From Veillonellaceae bacterium (GTDB lineage: Bacteria > Bacillota > Negativicutes > JAAYSF01), in NCBI GenBank assembly GCA_012523975.1, contig JAAYSF010000050.1:21497-85496 (forward strand): 64,000 nt of DNA, in the 5' to 3' direction. The notes below the pieces were generated by a model that was not told the origin of the DNA, searched no databases, and worked only from the letters and a program-made list of their open reading frames with translations. The first letter of the stretch is position 1, and every line of letters starts with the position of its first letter. Positions 31,183-42,940 of this stretch are shown here, piece after piece. The translations under genes were made by a program, and so were the position numbers.

Positions 31183-31375
31183 AGACATTCGCGATATGAG
31201 CGCAAGCGAGCTTGCACAAAAGCTTGTTGGACTCAAAGACGAGTTATTTAACCTCAGATTCCAGCTTGCTACCGGCCAACTGGAAAATCCAATGCGGATC
31301 AAAGAAGTCAAAAAGACCATTGCCCGCGTAAAGACTATCCAGCGTGAGCAGGAACTGAAAAGCCGCAAGGCGTAA
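31172..31375 (+). CDS. rpmC: 50S ribosomal protein L29
   Basis: [14 protein letters not shown]...[16 protein letters not shown]. Confidence 0.93.
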   Translation: MKAKDIRDMSASELAQKLVGLKDELFNLRFQLATGQLENPMRIKEVKKTIARVKTIQREQELKSRKA

Positions 31376-31426
31376 TATTCGTTCTTAGGATAAAAGATAG
31401 TAAGAACGGAAGGAGGCAAATAGGAC

Positions 31427-31684
31427 GTGAGCGAAAGAAATGAGCGTAAAACCCGTATAGGTAAAGTGGTTAGCAATAAAATGGAAAAGACGGTTGTTGT
31501 AGCTGTAGAGCGTCTCGTACGTCATCCGCTGTATAACAAGTCTATAAAGAATACTGTTAAGTTTAAAGCCCATGATGAGCAGAATGAATGTCGTGAGGGC
31601 GACACTGTTGAAATTATGGAAACTCGTCCGCTGTCTAAAGATAAGCGCTGGAGAGTCGTGGAGATTCTTGAAAGAGCAAAATAG
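31427..31684 (+). CDS. rpsQ: 30S ribosomal protein S17
   Basis: [33 protein letters not shown] start. Confidence 0.94.
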   Translation: MSERNERKTRIGKVVSNKMEKTVVVAVERLVRHPLYNKSIKNTVKFKAHDEQNECREGDTVEIMETRPLSKDKRWRVVEILERAK

Positions 31685-31714
31685 GACTGGATCGGCTACA
31701 AAGGAGGGATAAGA

Positions 31715-32083
31715 ATGATCCAACAGCAGTCAATGCTGAAAGTTGCTGACAATACTGGTGCTAAAGAAATTATGTGCATACGGGTATTGGGCGGTTCGTT
31801 CCGCAGATATGCCAACATCGGAGATGTCATCGTAGCTTCTGTTAAAAGTGCAACACCCGGTGGCGTGGTCAAGAAAGGCGACGTAATTAAAGCAGTAGTC
31901 GTTCGTTCCCGCAAGGGTCTACGCCGTCCGGACGGTTCATATATCCGTTTCGACGAGAATGCTGCAGTAATTATTAAAGAAGATAAAAGCCCCCGCGGTA
32001 CACGTATATTTGGGCCAGTAGCGAGAGAACTGCGTGAAAAAGACTATATGAAGATTATCTCGCTGGCACCGGAAGTAATCTAA
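31715..32083 (+). CDS. rplN: 50S ribosomal protein L14
   Basis: [28 protein letters not shown]. Confidence 0.96.
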   Translation: MIQQQSMLKVADNTGAKEIMCIRVLGGSFRRYANIGDVIVASVKSATPGGVVKKGDVIKAVVVRSRKGLRRPDGSYIRFDENAAVIIKEDKSPRGTRIFGPVARELREKDYMKIISLAPEVI

Positions 32084-32100
32084 GGTAGGAGGTGTCCGGA

Positions 32101-32436
32101 ATGCTAGTTAATAAACTGCATGTTAAGAAGGGCGACAATGTAGTTGTTTTATCCGGTAAGGATAAAGGCAAAAAAGGCAAAGTTATCGAAGCTATGCCCA
32201 AGAAAGGCAAAGTTGTCGTTGAAGGCGTTAACAAAGTAAAACGTCATACCAAACCAAGCCAGTCAGTTCCTCAAGGCGGCATCATCGTAAAAGAAGCGCC
32301 GATTAACTCGGCTAAAGTTATGCTGGTGTGCCCAGAGTGCAATAAGCCAACCCGTATTAAGAAGACTCCTCTGGCTAGCGGAGCAATGGCTAGAACTTGC
32401 AAACACTGTGGCGAAATCGTTGATAAAGATAAATAA
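32101..32436 (+). CDS. rplX: 50S ribosomal protein L24
   Basis: [27 protein letters not shown] motif. ATG 32101 lies 8 nt after the ribosome-binding site. It also has a CPECNK...CKHCG Cys4 segment. Confidence 0.93.
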   Translation: MLVNKLHVKKGDNVVVLSGKDKGKKGKVIEAMPKKGKVVVEGVNKVKRHTKPSQSVPQGGIIVKEAPINSAKVMLVCPECNKPTRIKKTPLASGAMARTCKHCGEIVDKDK

Positions 32437-32462
32437 TCGCGCGGAAAGGAGGTAACTACCGC

Positions 32463-33002
32463 ATGGACAGATTAAAAGAAAAATATCTAAATGAAGTAGC
32501 TCCTGCTTTAATGAAAAAGTTTGGCTACGCAAACGTAATGGAAATCCCTAAGATTGAAAAAGTCGTTCTGAACATGGGCGTGGGTGAAGCTGTCGGCAAC
32601 CCGAAAGTGCTTGACGCCGCAGTAGCTGACATGACCCAAATCTCTGGTCAAAAGCCTGTTATAACCCGCGCGAAGAAGTCGATTGCAGCATTTAAGATTC
32701 GTGAAGGTATGCCGATTGGGGCGAAAGTTACCCTGCGCGGAGAGCGCATGTACTTTTTCCTTGATAAGCTGTTCAACATTGCGCTGCCCCGTGTACGCGA
32801 CTTCCGTGGCGTAAGCCCGCGTGCATTTGACGGTCGCGGCAACTATACTTTAGGGGTAAAAGAGCAACTGATATTCCCTGAAATCGATTATGATAAAATC
32901 GATAAAATTCGTGGTATGGATATCATCATCGTTACCAATGCGAAAACCGATGAAGAGGCTCGCGAATTACTGAAACTTATGGGAATGCCATTCAGCGCGT
33001 AA
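32463..33002 (+). CDS. rplE: 50S ribosomal protein L5
   Basis: [41 protein letters not shown]. Confidence 0.96.
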   Translation: MDRLKEKYLNEVAPALMKKFGYANVMEIPKIEKVVLNMGVGEAVGNPKVLDAAVADMTQISGQKPVITRAKKSIAAFKIREGMPIGAKVTLRGERMYFFLDKLFNIALPRVRDFRGVSPRAFDGRGNYTLGVKEQLIFPEIDYDKIDKIRGMDIIIVTNAKTDEEARELLKLMGMPFSA

Positions 33003-33015
33003 AGGAGGGACAGTT

Positions 33016-33201
33016 GTGGCCAAAAAGGCAATGATTCAAAAATGGGCCAAAGAACCGAAGTTTAAAGTACGTCGTTACAATAGATGTAAAGTTTGCGGAC
33101 GTCCGCATGGCTATCTTCGTAAATTCGAAATGTGCCGTATTTGCTTTAGAGAACTGAGCTACAAAGGTGCCATACCAGGGGTTACCAAAGCTAGCTGGTA
33201 G
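33016..33201 (+). CDS. rpsN: 30S ribosomal protein S14, short Zn-binding type Z
   Basis: 61 aa with CKVCGRPHG...CRICFRE (CxxC...CxxC). GTG start. Confidence 0.94.
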   Translation: MAKKAMIQKWAKEPKFKVRRYNRCKVCGRPHGYLRKFEMCRICFRELSYKGAIPGVTKASW

Positions 33202-33223
33202 AAACAGGAAGGAGGTATGTTCA

Positions 33224-33622
33224 ATGGTAATGACCGACCCAATTGCTGATATGCTAACCCGTATTCGCAATGCTAATTCGGTTTATCACGATAAAGTAGA
33301 AATACCGGCCTCTAAAATTAAGCAGGCTGTTGCTGAAATGTTGAAACATGAAGGCTTTATCAAAGATTACGAATTAATTAAAGACGATAAGCAGGGTGTA
33401 TTGCGGATATCTTTAAAATATGGACCCAATCGTGAAAAAGTAATCACAGGCATTAAGCGTATTTCCAAACCGGGACTTCGTGTGTATGCAAAGAATGATC
33501 AAATTCCTCGCGTACTTGGTGGTCTTGGAGTTGCCATCATTTCGACTTCGAAAGGAATCATGACTGACAAGCAAGCTCGTAAAGAGGGTCTTGGCGGCGA
33601 AGTAATGGCCTACGTTTGGTAA
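33224..33622 (+). CDS. rpsH: 30S ribosomal protein S8
   Basis: [20 protein letters not shown] 33224 lies 8 nt after GGAAGGAGG. The ORF-track start at 33167 overlaps rpsN. Confidence 0.95.
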   Translation: MVMTDPIADMLTRIRNANSVYHDKVEIPASKIKQAVAEMLKHEGFIKDYELIKDDKQGVLRISLKYGPNREKVITGIKRISKPGLRVYAKNDQIPRVLGGLGVAIISTSKGIMTDKQARKEGLGGEVMAYVW

Positions 33623-33652
33623 GTTGACTTTTTTGAGCTAGGAGGTGCACAT

Positions 33653-34201
33653 ATGTCGAGAATTGGTAGGATGCCGATTGCTATCCCTGCTGGTGTAACA
33701 GTAAAGCTGGATGGCAATGTGCTATCGGTTAAAGGCCCTAAAGGCGAGCTAACTCGTGAACTTCCCAAGGAAATGATTATTGAAATTGAAGATAACACTA
33801 TCCTTGTGAAACGGCCTTCCGATGAAAAAGAACACAGATCACTGCACGGTTTAACCCGTACATTAATATCAAACATGGTTGTCGGAGTAACTGAAGGTTT
33901 TAAAAAGACGTTGGAAATCGTTGGCGTAGGTTACAGGGCAGCTAAACAAGGTACTAAACTCGGATTGACTCTTGGTTTTTCACATCCGGTTGAAGTTGTA
34001 CCGCCCGCAGGTGTCACAATTGACGTTCCAGCTCCCAACAAAATCGTTATATCGGGTATCGATAAAGAAGTTGTTGGGCAATTGGCCGCTCAAGTTCGTG
34101 GCTTTAGAGAACCGGAACCTTATAAAGGTAAAGGTGTTAGATACGAGGGCGAACGCGTTCGCCGCAAAGTTGGTAAAGCCGGCGGTAAAGGTAAGAAGTA
34201 A
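33653..34201 (+). CDS. rplF: 50S ribosomal protein L6
   Basis: [33 protein letters not shown]. Confidence 0.96.
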   Translation: MSRIGRMPIAIPAGVTVKLDGNVLSVKGPKGELTRELPKEMIIEIEDNTILVKRPSDEKEHRSLHGLTRTLISNMVVGVTEGFKKTLEIVGVGYRAAKQGTKLGLTLGFSHPVEVVPPAGVTIDVPAPNKIVISGIDKEVVGQLAAQVRGFREPEPYKGKGVRYEGERVRRKVGKAGGKGKK

Positions 34202-34226
34202 GATTTAAGCGAAAGGAGTGAATACC

Positions 34227-34595
34227 TTGCTTCGTAAGGATAACAAGAACGCAGCACGCCAAAAGCGTCATTACAGAATGCGCCGTAAAGTCGTTGGCAC
34301 TGCTGAAAGACCACGCCTGAATGTATTTCGCAGCTTAAGCAACATCTATGCGCAAATTATCGACGATGTGTCAGGCACTACGCTTGTAGCAGCCAGCACA
34401 ATGGATAAAGACATTCGTGAATCCGTTGAATACGGTGGAAATATCGAAGCAGCTAAGGTCGTTGGCGAGGCTATCGCTAAACGGGCATTGGCAAAAGGAA
34501 TCAATCAAGTAGTATTTGACCGCGGCGGATATATCTACCATGGTCGCGTAGCTCAGCTTGCAGAAGCAGCACGTGAAGCAGGGCTGAAATTCTAG
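34227..34595 (+). CDS. rplR: 50S ribosomal protein L18
   Basis: [16 protein letters not shown]...[23 protein letters not shown] start at 34227 (9 nt after AAAGGAG) is preferred over GTG 34218. Confidence 0.9.
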   Translation: MLRKDNKNAARQKRHYRMRRKVVGTAERPRLNVFRSLSNIYAQIIDDVSGTTLVAASTMDKDIRESVEYGGNIEAAKVVGEAIAKRALAKGINQVVFDRGGYIYHGRVAQLAEAAREAGLKF

Positions 34596-34612
34596 GAAAA
34601 GGAGGTAAGGTA

Positions 34613-35113
34613 ATGGCCAGAATTGATTACTCAACTCTTGAACTTAAAGAAAAAGTTGTATTTATTAATAGAGTTGCAAAGGTTGTAAAAGGCGGACGCC
34701 GTTTCTCATTCAGCGCTTTAGTGGTTGTTGGTGATGAAAATGGTCATGTCGGCTACGGTTTAGGCAAAGCATCTGAAGTTCCTGAAGCTATCAGAAAAGG
34801 TGTTGAAGATGCTAAGAAGAATCTTATTAAGATTCCTATTGTTGGAACTACTATTCCTCACGAAATTACCGGCATTTTCGGCGCAGGCAAAGTGCTCTTG
34901 AAGCCGGCCTCAGAAGGTACTGGTGTTATAGCAGGCGGTCCTGTTCGTGCCGTACTTGAGCTTGCAGGTATTCACGACATTCTGACTAAATCCTTAGGAT
35001 CATCAAATGCTAACAACATGGTGCGCGCTACTTTCAAAGGTCTGGAACAGCTGAAACGGGCTGAAGAGGTTGCTGCACTTCGTGGTAAAACTGTTCAGGA
35101 ACTTTTGGGCTAA
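34613..35113 (+). CDS. rpsE: 30S ribosomal protein S5
   Basis: [36 protein letters not shown]. Confidence 0.96.
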   Translation: MARIDYSTLELKEKVVFINRVAKVVKGGRRFSFSALVVVGDENGHVGYGLGKASEVPEAIRKGVEDAKKNLIKIPIVGTTIPHEITGIFGAGKVLLKPASEGTGVIAGGPVRAVLELAGIHDILTKSLGSSNANNMVRATFKGLEQLKRAEEVAALRGKTVQELLG

Positions 35114-35125
35114 GGAGGTAACATC

Positions 35126-35311
35126 ATGGCAAAATTCAAAATCACCCTTACCAGAAGCCTGATCGGCAGACCTGAAGACCAGCGTGCTACTGTAAAGGCT
35201 TTGGGTTTAGGAAAAACAAATAGTTCAGTTGTACAAGATGATACTCCCGTAATCCGGGGTATGATTCGTAAAGTAGAACATCTGGTTAAGGTAGAAGAAG
35301 TACAAGACTAG
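35126..35311 (+). CDS. rpmD: 50S ribosomal protein L30
   Basis: [24 protein letters not shown]. Confidence 0.94.
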   Translation: MAKFKITLTRSLIGRPEDQRATVKALGLGKTNSSVVQDDTPVIRGMIRKVEHLVKVEEVQD

Positions 35312-35326
35312 TAAGGAGGTGCTACT

Positions 35327-35767
35327 ATGAAATTACACGATTTAGCTCCAGCACCCGGTTCGAAGAAAGTTCGTACTCGCGTTGGCCGGGGAATAGGATC
35401 TGGTCTTGGCAAAACTGCAGGCAAAGGTCATAAAGGTCAAAATGCTCGTGCAGGTGGTGGGGTTCGTCCAGGATTTGAAGGCGGCCAAATGCCACTTTAC
35501 CGCAGACTTCCTAAACGCGGTTTTACTAATATACATGCCAAAGAATATGCTGAAGTTAACGTAGAGCAGCTTAACCGTTTTGAAGACGGCGCTGTTATCG
35601 ATCCGGTTGCGCTTATTGAAGCCGGAATCTTAAAAAACGTGCTTGACGGTGTACGTATATTGGGTAATGGCGAACTGACTAAATCTGTAACCGTAATAGC
35701 TAACGGTTTCACCAAGTCGGCAGTTGAGAAAATTACAGCTGCGGGCGGAAAAGTTGAGGTGATCTAG
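35327..35767 (+). CDS. rplO: 50S ribosomal protein L15
   Basis: [38 protein letters not shown]. Confidence 0.95.
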   Translation: MKLHDLAPAPGSKKVRTRVGRGIGSGLGKTAGKGHKGQNARAGGGVRPGFEGGQMPLYRRLPKRGFTNIHAKEYAEVNVEQLNRFEDGAVIDPVALIEAGILKNVLDGVRILGNGELTKSVTVIANGFTKSAVEKITAAGGKVEVI

Positions 35768-37024
35768 GTGCTTTCAGCCCTGTCCAACATACTCAAGATA
35801 ACTGAGCTCAGACAAAAGGTTATATTCACCCTGGCTATGTTCGTAGTATTCAGGTTCGGTACCCATATCCCCGTCCCTGGGGTAAACGCCGCAGTAATTG
35901 AACAACTCTTCACCTCAGGCAACTTGTTTGGCCTCTTAGATTTGTTCTCCGGCGGTGCGCTGAGCAAGTTTTCAATATTCGCAATGAGTATTACGCCCTA
36001 TATCAATGCTTCTATTATCATGCAGCTTTTAACGGTTGTAGTACCGAAGTTTGAGCAGTGGGCCAAAGAAGGCGAAGAAGGGCGAAAGAAGATTACCCAG
36101 ATCACCCGCTATGGCACAGTGTTGCTAGGTTTTATTCAGGCGATAGGTATGGCTTTAGGGTTAAAAGTAGCTGTTATTAATCCGAGCATTGGCTCATATC
36201 TGCTAATTGCTTTATCTTTGACGGCCGGAACTACATTCTTGATGTGGTTAGGCGAACAAATTACAGAGAAAGGTATCGGCAACGGTATTTCACTTATCAT
36301 TTTCGCCGGTATCGTATCGAGCCTGCCAAGCGGTATTTATAAGATTTATCAATACGTTTCAGCAGGTACGATTAGTTGGTTTAATGTTTTACTGTTCACG
36401 ATAATTGCGGTAGCGATGATTGTTTTCGTAATTGCTATCCAACAAGGTCAGCGCCGTATTCCTGTTCAATATGCGAAACGCGTTGTTGGCCGTAAAATGT
36501 ATGGTGGTCATTCCACCCATATTCCGCTTAAAGTCAATCAAGCGGGTGTTATTCCGATAATCTTTGCGTCATCCGTGCTAATGTTTCCGGTAACTATTGC
36601 CCAGTTTATTGATGTGTCCTGGGTAAAAACGGTGGCAGGCTGGTTTGAGTGGGGAACACCGCTGCAGACATCTCTGTATGCGCTCTTTATTATCTTCTTC
36701 ACTTACTTCTATACTGCGGTTACCTTAAACATATCGGATATGGCAGAGAACATGAAAAAGCACGGTGGTTTCATTCCAGGTCTCCGGCCCGGTAAACCAA
36801 CCGCCGATTATTTGGACCGCGTTATGACCAGAATTACCCTTGCCGGTGCAATATTCCTGGCGCTGATTGCGATATTGCCAAACTTTGTTGCGTGGGCAAC
36901 TAACATTCAAGGGGTATATTTTGGCGGCACCGCCCTGTTAATTGTGGTAGGCGTGGCCCTTGATACTATGAAACAAATAGAAGCACTCGTATTGATGAGG
37001 CACTATCAAGGCTTTATGAAATAG
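35768..37024 (+). CDS. secY: preprotein translocase subunit SecY
   Basis: 418-aa polytopic ORF ([32 protein letters not shown]). The GTG start abuts the rplO stop. Confidence 0.95.
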   Translation: MLSALSNILKITELRQKVIFTLAMFVVFRFGTHIPVPGVNAAVIEQLFTSGNLFGLLDLFSGGALSKFSIFAMSITPYINASIIMQLLTVVVPKFEQWAKEGEEGRKKITQITRYGTVLLGFIQAIGMALGLKVAVINPSIGSYLLIALSLTAGTTFLMWLGEQITEKGIGNGISLIIFAGIVSSLPSGIYKIYQYVSAGTISWFNVLLFTIIAVAMIVFVIAIQQGQRRIPVQYAKRVVGRKMYGGHSTHIPLKVNQAGVIPIIFASSVLMFPVTIAQFIDVSWVKTVAGWFEWGTPLQTSLYALFIIFFTYFYTAVTLNISDMAENMKKHGGFIPGLRPGKPTADYLDRVMTRITLAGAIFLALIAILPNFVAWATNIQGVYFGGTALLIVVGVALDTMKQIEALVLMRHYQGFMK

Positions 37025-37038
37025 GGAGGTTAGCTGTC

Positions 37039-37686
37039 ATGTATATCCTACTGATGGGGCCTCCTGGGGCCGGAAAAGGCACTCAGGCGGCTGAATTAGT
37101 AAAAAGGTTTAACATTCCCCACATTTCGACTGGTGATATGTTTCGAGCAGCAGTCAAGGATCAGACTGAACTGGGTAAGAAGGCCAAAGCATTCATGGAT
37201 GCCGGGCAGCTCGTACCTGATGAAGTAACTATCGGGATTGTAAAAGAGCGCCTGGCTAAACCAGACTGCAAAGCAGGTTTTATTTTAGACGGTTTTCCCC
37301 GTACTGCCGAGCAGGCAGATGCTCTTAGCATTACGCTCACAGACCTTGACATAACCCTTGACCGGGTTATTAACATCACTGTTCCGGCTGAAGATTTAAT
37401 AAGTCGGATAACCGGACGGCGAATCTGTAAGGCCTGCGGCGCAACTTACCATGTTGTTTTCAATAGATCAAGTATTGAAGGCAAATGTGACAAGTGCGGC
37501 GGCGAAATTTATCAGCGTGATGATGATCGGGAAGATACGGTCAAAAAGCGTTTGGATGTCTATAGCGCTCAGACAGAACCGTTAATTAACTACTACCAAG
37601 ATAAAGGTCTTTACACCGAAATCGACGGACGCCAGCCAATTGAAAAAGTATTGGAAGATATTATTGGTAGTCTGCGAGGCGCGTAA
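37039..37686 (+). CDS. adk: adenylate kinase (Zn-lid type)
   Basis: [14 protein letters not shown]-loop. The lid has CKACG...CDKCGG. Confidence 0.95.
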   Translation: MYILLMGPPGAGKGTQAAELVKRFNIPHISTGDMFRAAVKDQTELGKKAKAFMDAGQLVPDEVTIGIVKERLAKPDCKAGFILDGFPRTAEQADALSITLTDLDITLDRVINITVPAEDLISRITGRRICKACGATYHVVFNRSSIEGKCDKCGGEIYQRDDDREDTVKKRLDVYSAQTEPLINYYQDKGLYTEIDGRQPIEKVLEDIIGSLRGA

Positions 37687-37688
37687 GT

Positions 37689-38435
37689 ATGATAATCCTT
37701 AAGTCAGACAGGGAAATTTCTTATATGCGTGATGCGGGTAAAATCGTAGCTGAAACTTTGGCGGAACTTAAGAAAGCGGTTAAACCGGAAGTAACAACAC
37801 TGGAACTGGATAGAATCGCCGAAGAATATATAACGAAACGTGGCGCTGTTCCTACTTTTAAAGGATACAACGGTTTCCCAGGGAGTATCTGCGCTTCTGT
37901 AAATGAAGAGGTCGTTCATGGTATCCCAGGACTAAGAAAGTTAAAAAATGGAGATAATGTTAGTATTGACGTTGGCGCACTTATAAATGGCTATAATGGT
38001 GATGCGGCAATTACTGTCGGCGTCGGCCAGATTGATGATGAAGTTCAAAAACTGTTAGATGTTACCGAACAGTCACTTTATCAGGGAATTGAAAAAGCTA
38101 TTGCCGGCAATCGTCTATATGACATATCCCATGCAATTCAGACGTACTCCGAAAAGTTTGGTTTTGGTGTTGTGCGCGACTATGTCGGGCACGGCATCGG
38201 CCGGAGTATGCATGAAGATCCTCAGGTACCCAACTACGGGAATCCCGGTCGCGGCCCACGCTTAAAATCCGGTATGACACTTGCAATAGAGCCGATGATA
38301 AACCTGGGCACACATGAGGTAAAAACGCTGAGTGATAACTGGACAGTTGTTACACTTGATGGCAAACGTTCAGCCCACTTTGAACATACCATTGCCATTA
38401 CAGGTGATAAGCCGGAGATTTTGACCAAGTTGTAG
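37689..38435 (+). CDS. map: type I methionine aminopeptidase
   Basis: EVVHGIP...SIDVGA...GDAAITV...GHGIG...LAIEPM...EHTIAIT metal-ligand pattern. Confidence 0.95.
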   Translation: MIILKSDREISYMRDAGKIVAETLAELKKAVKPEVTTLELDRIAEEYITKRGAVPTFKGYNGFPGSICASVNEEVVHGIPGLRKLKNGDNVSIDVGALINGYNGDAAITVGVGQIDDEVQKLLDVTEQSLYQGIEKAIAGNRLYDISHAIQTYSEKFGFGVVRDYVGHGIGRSMHEDPQVPNYGNPGRGPRLKSGMTLAIEPMINLGTHEVKTLSDNWTVVTLDGKRSAHFEHTIAITGDKPEILTKL

Positions 38436-38446
38436 GAGGCACATCA

Positions 38447-38731
38447 GTGTCGTTACGGAGAATAGAGATTGGCCAGCTTGTTAAAAGCGTCGCCGGGCGA
38501 GACACCGACCATATCTATATGGTTATCGGTTTTATCGAACCAAACTATGTTTTGCTCACTGACGGCAAAGAACGCAGTGCTGCCAAACCCAAGAAGAAGA
38601 ATATCCGGCATATAAATGTTCTAAATTCTATTGCAAAAGATGTGGCGGAAACGCTGAAAACCGGCGCTCAGGTGACTGACGAAGACATTCGCCGCACCAT
38701 CACATCTTTGTGTGCACCGGATAATATGTGA
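38447..38731 (+). CDS. KOW-domain RNA-binding protein (YbzG / L14E-like)
   Basis: 94 aa with [21 protein letters not shown]. Conserved slot between map and infA. Confidence 0.65.
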   Translation: MSLRRIEIGQLVKSVAGRDTDHIYMVIGFIEPNYVLLTDGKERSAAKPKKKNIRHINVLNSIAKDVAETLKTGAQVTDEDIRRTITSLCAPDNM

Positions 38732-38756
38732 GAAGCGGACGAGGAGGGAGATACTC

Positions 38757-38975
38757 GTGTCCAAACAAGACGTAATCGAGGTTGAAGGTACGGTTATCGA
38801 GGCTCTGCCCAATGCAATGTTCCAGGTAGAGCTGGAAAACGGGCACGTCGTACTGGCGCATGTTTCAGGTAAAATCCGCATGAATTTCATTCGCATTTTA
38901 CCTGGCGATAAAGTCACTATAGAACTTACGCCATATGACTTAAAGCGCGGCCGTATTACCTACCGTTTCAAATAG
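38757..38975 (+). CDS. infA: translation initiation factor IF-1
   Basis: [55 protein letters not shown] 38757 lies 8 nt after GAGGAGGG. The ORF-track start is too early. Confidence 0.93.
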   Translation: MSKQDVIEVEGTVIEALPNAMFQVELENGHVVLAHVSGKIRMNFIRILPGDKVTIELTPYDLKRGRITYRFK

Positions 38976-39024
38976 CTACTTGCGGCAGCTGAGGAGCCGC
39001 ATCACAAAAAGGAGGGCATAGCAA

Positions 39025-39138
39025 ATGAAAGTGAGACCTTCGGTCAAGCCCATTTGTGAGAAATGCAAGGTAATTAAGCGCAAAGGAAATATAATGGTAA
39101 TTTGCGAGAATCCCAAACATAAGCAAAGACAAGGCTAG
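39025..39138 (+). CDS. rpmJ: 50S ribosomal protein L36 (Zn-binding form)
   Basis: Translated by hand as [37 protein letters not shown] (37 aa). It follows AAAAGGAGGG. It is below the ORF-track length cut-off. Confidence 0.92.
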   Translation: MKVRPSVKPICEKCKVIKRKGNIMVICENPKHKQRQG

Positions 39139-39160
39139 AGATTAGGGGGGTGGACAATAG

Positions 39161-39532
39161 ATGGCACGTATTGCCGGGGTAGATTTACCTCGTGATAAAC
39201 GAATTGAAATCGCTTTGACATATATTTTTGGTATCGGCCTTACTTTTTCAAAGCAAATATTAGCTGCTACCGGGATCAATCCTGATACGCGGACTCGCGA
39301 TTTAACCGAGGAAGAAGTTTCTAAACTGCGTGAGTACATCGACAAGAATTACAAAGTCGAAGGCGACCTGCGCCGTGAAGAGTCACTTAACATTAAGCGG
39401 CTTATCGAAATCGGTTCATATCGTGGAAGACGTCACCGCATGGGCCTTCCTGTACGCGGTCAGAACACAAAAACCAATGCCCGTACGCGTAAAGGTCCGA
39501 AGAGAACAGTCGGCGGTAAGAAAAAGAAATAA
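39161..39532 (+). CDS. rpsM: 30S ribosomal protein S13
   Basis: [26 protein letters not shown]. Confidence 0.96.
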   Translation: MARIAGVDLPRDKRIEIALTYIFGIGLTFSKQILAATGINPDTRTRDLTEEEVSKLREYIDKNYKVEGDLRREESLNIKRLIEIGSYRGRRHRMGLPVRGQNTKTNARTRKGPKRTVGGKKKK

Positions 39533-39554
39533 AGCGTAAAGGAGGGACGTAAAG

Positions 39555-39947
39555 TTGGTAGCAAAAAGAGTTGTTAAACCGAAAAGAAGAGAACGTAAAA
39601 ATATCGAATCTGGCGTAGCCCATATTCGTTCAACATTCAATAATACAATTGTTACAATTACCGATACTAAAGGTAATGCCCTGTCATGGGCAAGTGCCGG
39701 CGGACTTGGTTTCAGAGGTTCGCGTAAAAGCACACCGTTTGCTGCGCAAATGGCAGCTGAAACTGCTGCAAAAGCGGCAATGGAACATGGCCTGAAACAA
39801 ATCGAGGTTTATGTAAAAGGACCTGGATCCGGTCGTGAAGCCGCAATTAGATCTCTGCAAGCAGCTGGTTTGGAAGTAAATCTTATTAAAGACGTTACAC
39901 CAATCCCGCATAATGGCTGCCGTCCGCCTAAGCGGAGAAGAGTATAA
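39555..39947 (+). CDS. rpsK: 30S ribosomal protein S11
   Basis: [33 protein letters not shown] start. Confidence 0.95.
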   Translation: MVAKRVVKPKRRERKNIESGVAHIRSTFNNTIVTITDTKGNALSWASAGGLGFRGSRKSTPFAAQMAAETAAKAAMEHGLKQIEVYVKGPGSGREAAIRSLQAAGLEVNLIKDVTPIPHNGCRPPKRRRV

Positions 39948-39974
39948 TAGGATTTTGGGAGGTGTTTAACGAGA

Positions 39975-40607
39975 ATGGCAAGATATATTGGACCTGTTTG
40001 TAGACAATGCCGCCGCGAAGGTGCTAAATTGTACCTAAAAGGCGATAGATGCTATAGCGATAAATGCGCATTTTCCAAACGTGGCTATGCGCCTGGCCAA
40101 CATGGTCAAGGCCAAGCCCGTAAGAAAGTTTCTGAATACGGCTTACAGCTTAGAGAAAAACAAAAAACACGCCGTGTTTACGGTATCCTGGAACGTCAAT
40201 TCCGTGCATACTTTGATAAAGCTGAACGTCAAAAAGGTATTGCTGGCGAGAACCTGCTTGTTCTGCTCGAAAGAAGACTGGACAATGTAGTTTTCCGAAT
40301 GGGCTTTGCAGGCAGCCGTACCCAAGCCAGACAGCTTGTACGTCATGGCCACTTCCTGGTAAACGGTCGTCGTGTAGACATTCCGTCTTACTTGGTAAAA
40401 CCAGGCGATCTCATTGTTGTGGCTGAAGCTAGCAAAGAGTCACCTTTAATCAAGGAAATCGCTGAAAACGCCGGTCATAAGACTGTTGCAGCCTGGCTGG
40501 AAGTATCAGCGCAAGATATGAGCGGTAAAGTACTGCGCTACCCCACCCGCGAGGAAATTGATACCCCGATTCAAGAGCATCTTATCGTTGAATTGTACTC
40601 CAGATAA
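39975..40607 (+). CDS. rpsD: 30S ribosomal protein S4
   Basis: [31 protein letters not shown]. Confidence 0.95.
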   Translation: MARYIGPVCRQCRREGAKLYLKGDRCYSDKCAFSKRGYAPGQHGQGQARKKVSEYGLQLREKQKTRRVYGILERQFRAYFDKAERQKGIAGENLLVLLERRLDNVVFRMGFAGSRTQARQLVRHGHFLVNGRRVDIPSYLVKPGDLIVVAEASKESPLIKEIAENAGHKTVAAWLEVSAQDMSGKVLRYPTREEIDTPIQEHLIVELYSR

Positions 40608-40669
40608 TACACCCTCAGCCGTGGGTATAGCGTAACTTAGTAGTGCGCAAAGAGGAGGGTCTTTCCAGA

Positions 40670-41629
40670 ATGATCGAAATCGAAAAACCGAAGATCGAAG
40701 TAGTGGAAGTAAGTGAAGACAGCCGTTACGGCAAATTTGTCTGCGAGCCTTTGGAGCGCGGCTATGGTACTACCCTGGGCAACAGCCTGCGGCGTATTCT
40801 TTTGTCGTTACTGCCCGGCGCAGCTGTAACATCTGTCAAGATTGACGGCGTGCTCCACGAATTTTCCACTATTCCGGGTGTTCGGGAAGACGTTACCGAC
40901 ATTATTTTGAACTTGAAAGAATTGTGCCTAAAATCATACACTGATGAAACAGTAGTCTTACGGGTAGAGTGGACCGGCGAAGGCGAAGTCACTGCAGGTG
41001 ACATAGTCACCGGGCCAGATATTGAAATTCTAAATCCCGAACTGCATTTGGCGACTGTCGCTGACGGCGGCACGCTCAATATGGAAATTACTGTTGAACG
41101 CGGCCGCGGTTATGTACCGGCTGATAAGAACAAGAGACCTGATCATGTTATCGGGGTCATCCCTGTCGATTCCATTTTTTCACCCATTCTAAGAGTTAAT
41201 TACCAGGTTACGGATACGCGTGTCGGTAACGTTACAGATTACGACAAATTAACGCTGGAAGTATGGACTGACGGCAGTATGAGACCCGAAGAGGCAGTTA
41301 GTAAGGCTGCAGGTATTATGGTGGCTCATCTTAAGCTGTTTCAAAACATGGCCGGGAGCCCTCCGGAAGAAGACGGCGCTGAAGGAACCTTTACCGAGGC
41401 GCCTGAAGAGAGCGGTTCAAAAACAATGGAAATGACTATTGAAGATTTGGATCTCTCGGTGCGTTCCTATAATTGCCTGAAGCGGGCCGGTATTAATACC
41501 GTCGCTGAACTTGTCCAAAGAACAGAAGAAGACATGATGAAAGTGCGTAACCTTGGCCGCAAATCCCTTGACGAAGTCAAGAAAAAGTTGCACGAACTTG
41601 GGTTATCACTGACAGAATACGAGGAGTAA
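40670..41629 (+). CDS. rpoA: DNA-directed RNA polymerase subunit alpha
   Basis: [13 protein letters not shown]...[14 protein letters not shown]...[17 protein letters not shown] 40670 follows AGAGGAGGG. Confidence 0.95.
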   Translation: MIEIEKPKIEVVEVSEDSRYGKFVCEPLERGYGTTLGNSLRRILLSLLPGAAVTSVKIDGVLHEFSTIPGVREDVTDIILNLKELCLKSYTDETVVLRVEWTGEGEVTAGDIVTGPDIEILNPELHLATVADGGTLNMEITVERGRGYVPADKNKRPDHVIGVIPVDSIFSPILRVNYQVTDTRVGNVTDYDKLTLEVWTDGSMRPEEAVSKAAGIMVAHLKLFQNMAGSPPEEDGAEGTFTEAPEESGSKTMEMTIEDLDLSVRSYNCLKRAGINTVAELVQRTEEDMMKVRNLGRKSLDEVKKKLHELGLSLTEYEE

Positions 41630-41643
41630 GGGGAGGGAAGAGT

Positions 41644-41982
41644 ATGGCCTACAGAAAGTTAGGACGTGACACTAGCGCAAGAAAAGCGCTGTTTCGCAGC
41701 ATTTTGACTTCCTTCTTTCAACACGAGCGAATTGAAACAACCGAGGCTAAAGCCAAAGAAATCAACGGTCTTGCCGAGAAAATGATTACCTTGGCTAAGC
41801 GTGGCGATCTGCATGCTCGCCGTCAAGTTTTAGCAGAGCTCATGGATGAAGAAGTTGTAAAAAAATTATTTGACGAAATTGCACCTAAATATGCTGATCG
41901 TCAAGGCGGTTACACCCGTATCCTAAAACTGGGACCACGCCGCGGCGATGCTGCGCCTATGGCAATATTAGAACTGGTGTAA
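41644..41982 (+). CDS. rplQ: 50S ribosomal protein L17
   Basis: [19 protein letters not shown]...[15 protein letters not shown]. Confidence 0.95.
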   Translation: MAYRKLGRDTSARKALFRSILTSFFQHERIETTEAKAKEINGLAEKMITLAKRGDLHARRQVLAELMDEEVVKKLFDEIAPKYADRQGGYTRILKLGPRRGDAAPMAILELV

Positions 41983-41990
41983 TGCAAAAA

Positions 41991-42016
41991 AGGCGGCCAT
42001 GTGGTCGCCTTTTTTA
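41991..42016 (+). terminator. intrinsic terminator after rplQ
   Basis: AGGCGGCC/GGTCGCCT stem, ATGT loop, then T6. Confidence 0.75.
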
Positions 42017-42106
42017 TGATAATTGAAATAATAAATCCGTTTCCGGTTAAAAGGTTCAAGGTTCATAGGAGATTATTTATAGAACTCTTAAAATGAGGTA
42101 TTGCGC

Positions 42107-42940
42107 ATGGGAGAGTTTATCAGTATTGAAAATTTGTGTCACTCCTTCAAGACACCTGAAGGTGGGGAGTTTAAGGCACTTGATAATATAAATCTTACAA
42201 TAAGTCAAGGTGAATTTGTCGCAGTTATTGGCACAAACGGGTCAGGCAAATCAACACTGGCGAGGCATTTGAATGCCCTTTTGCTGCCCACTGCCGGCAA
42301 GTGCCGCATAAAAGGCCTGGACACAACAGTAGCCGAACATCTATGGCAGATTAGACAGACAGTAGGGATGGTTTTCCAAAACCCAGACAATCAGATAGTA
42401 GCGGCAGTCGTTGAGGAAGATGTAGCTTTCGGACCTGAGAACTTAGGTGTTGAGCAAGCTGAAATCTGCCGGCGTGTAGAAACGGCGCTGGCAAGTGTCG
42501 GTATGACAGAGTATCGGTATCATGCGCCGCATTTATTATCAGGCGGGCAAAAGCAGCGCGTAGCCATTGCTGGCGCGCTTGCGATGCATCCAGAATGTCT
42601 TGTCTTGGACGAGCCAACTGCCATGCTTGATCCGGTTGGCCGTGAAGAGGTGCTGACTACTGTTTGTCGGCTTAATAAAGAAGATAAAATGACTATAGTC
42701 TATATAACTCATTTTATGGAAGAAGCAGCCGCAGCAGATACGGTAGTAGTTGTGGATAAAGGCAAGGGCGTGATGCGCGGCACTCCTAATGAAGTATTTA
42801 GAAACGCTAAAGAATTAAAGAACATGGGGCTCGACGTGCCGTTAGCAGCCGATTTGGCATATCGCCTCAAAAACCAAGGGCTCAATTTGCCTGATGGCAT
42901 TGTAAATGAGGACGAATTGGCGGTGGCGCTATGTCGATAA
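42107..42940 (+). CDS. ecfA1: ECF transporter ATPase subunit EcfA1
   Basis: Walker A GTNGSGKST, signature LSGGQKQRVAIA, Walker B LVLDEPT. Conserved position after rplQ. Confidence 0.88.
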   Translation: MGEFISIENLCHSFKTPEGGEFKALDNINLTISQGEFVAVIGTNGSGKSTLARHLNALLLPTAGKCRIKGLDTTVAEHLWQIRQTVGMVFQNPDNQIVAAVVEEDVAFGPENLGVEQAEICRRVETALASVGMTEYRYHAPHLLSGGQKQRVAIAGALAMHPECLVLDEPTAMLDPVGREEVLTTVCRLNKEDKMTIVYITHFMEEAAAADTVVVVDKGKGVMRGTPNEVFRNAKELKNMGLDVPLAADLAYRLKNQGLNLPDGIVNEDELAVALCR

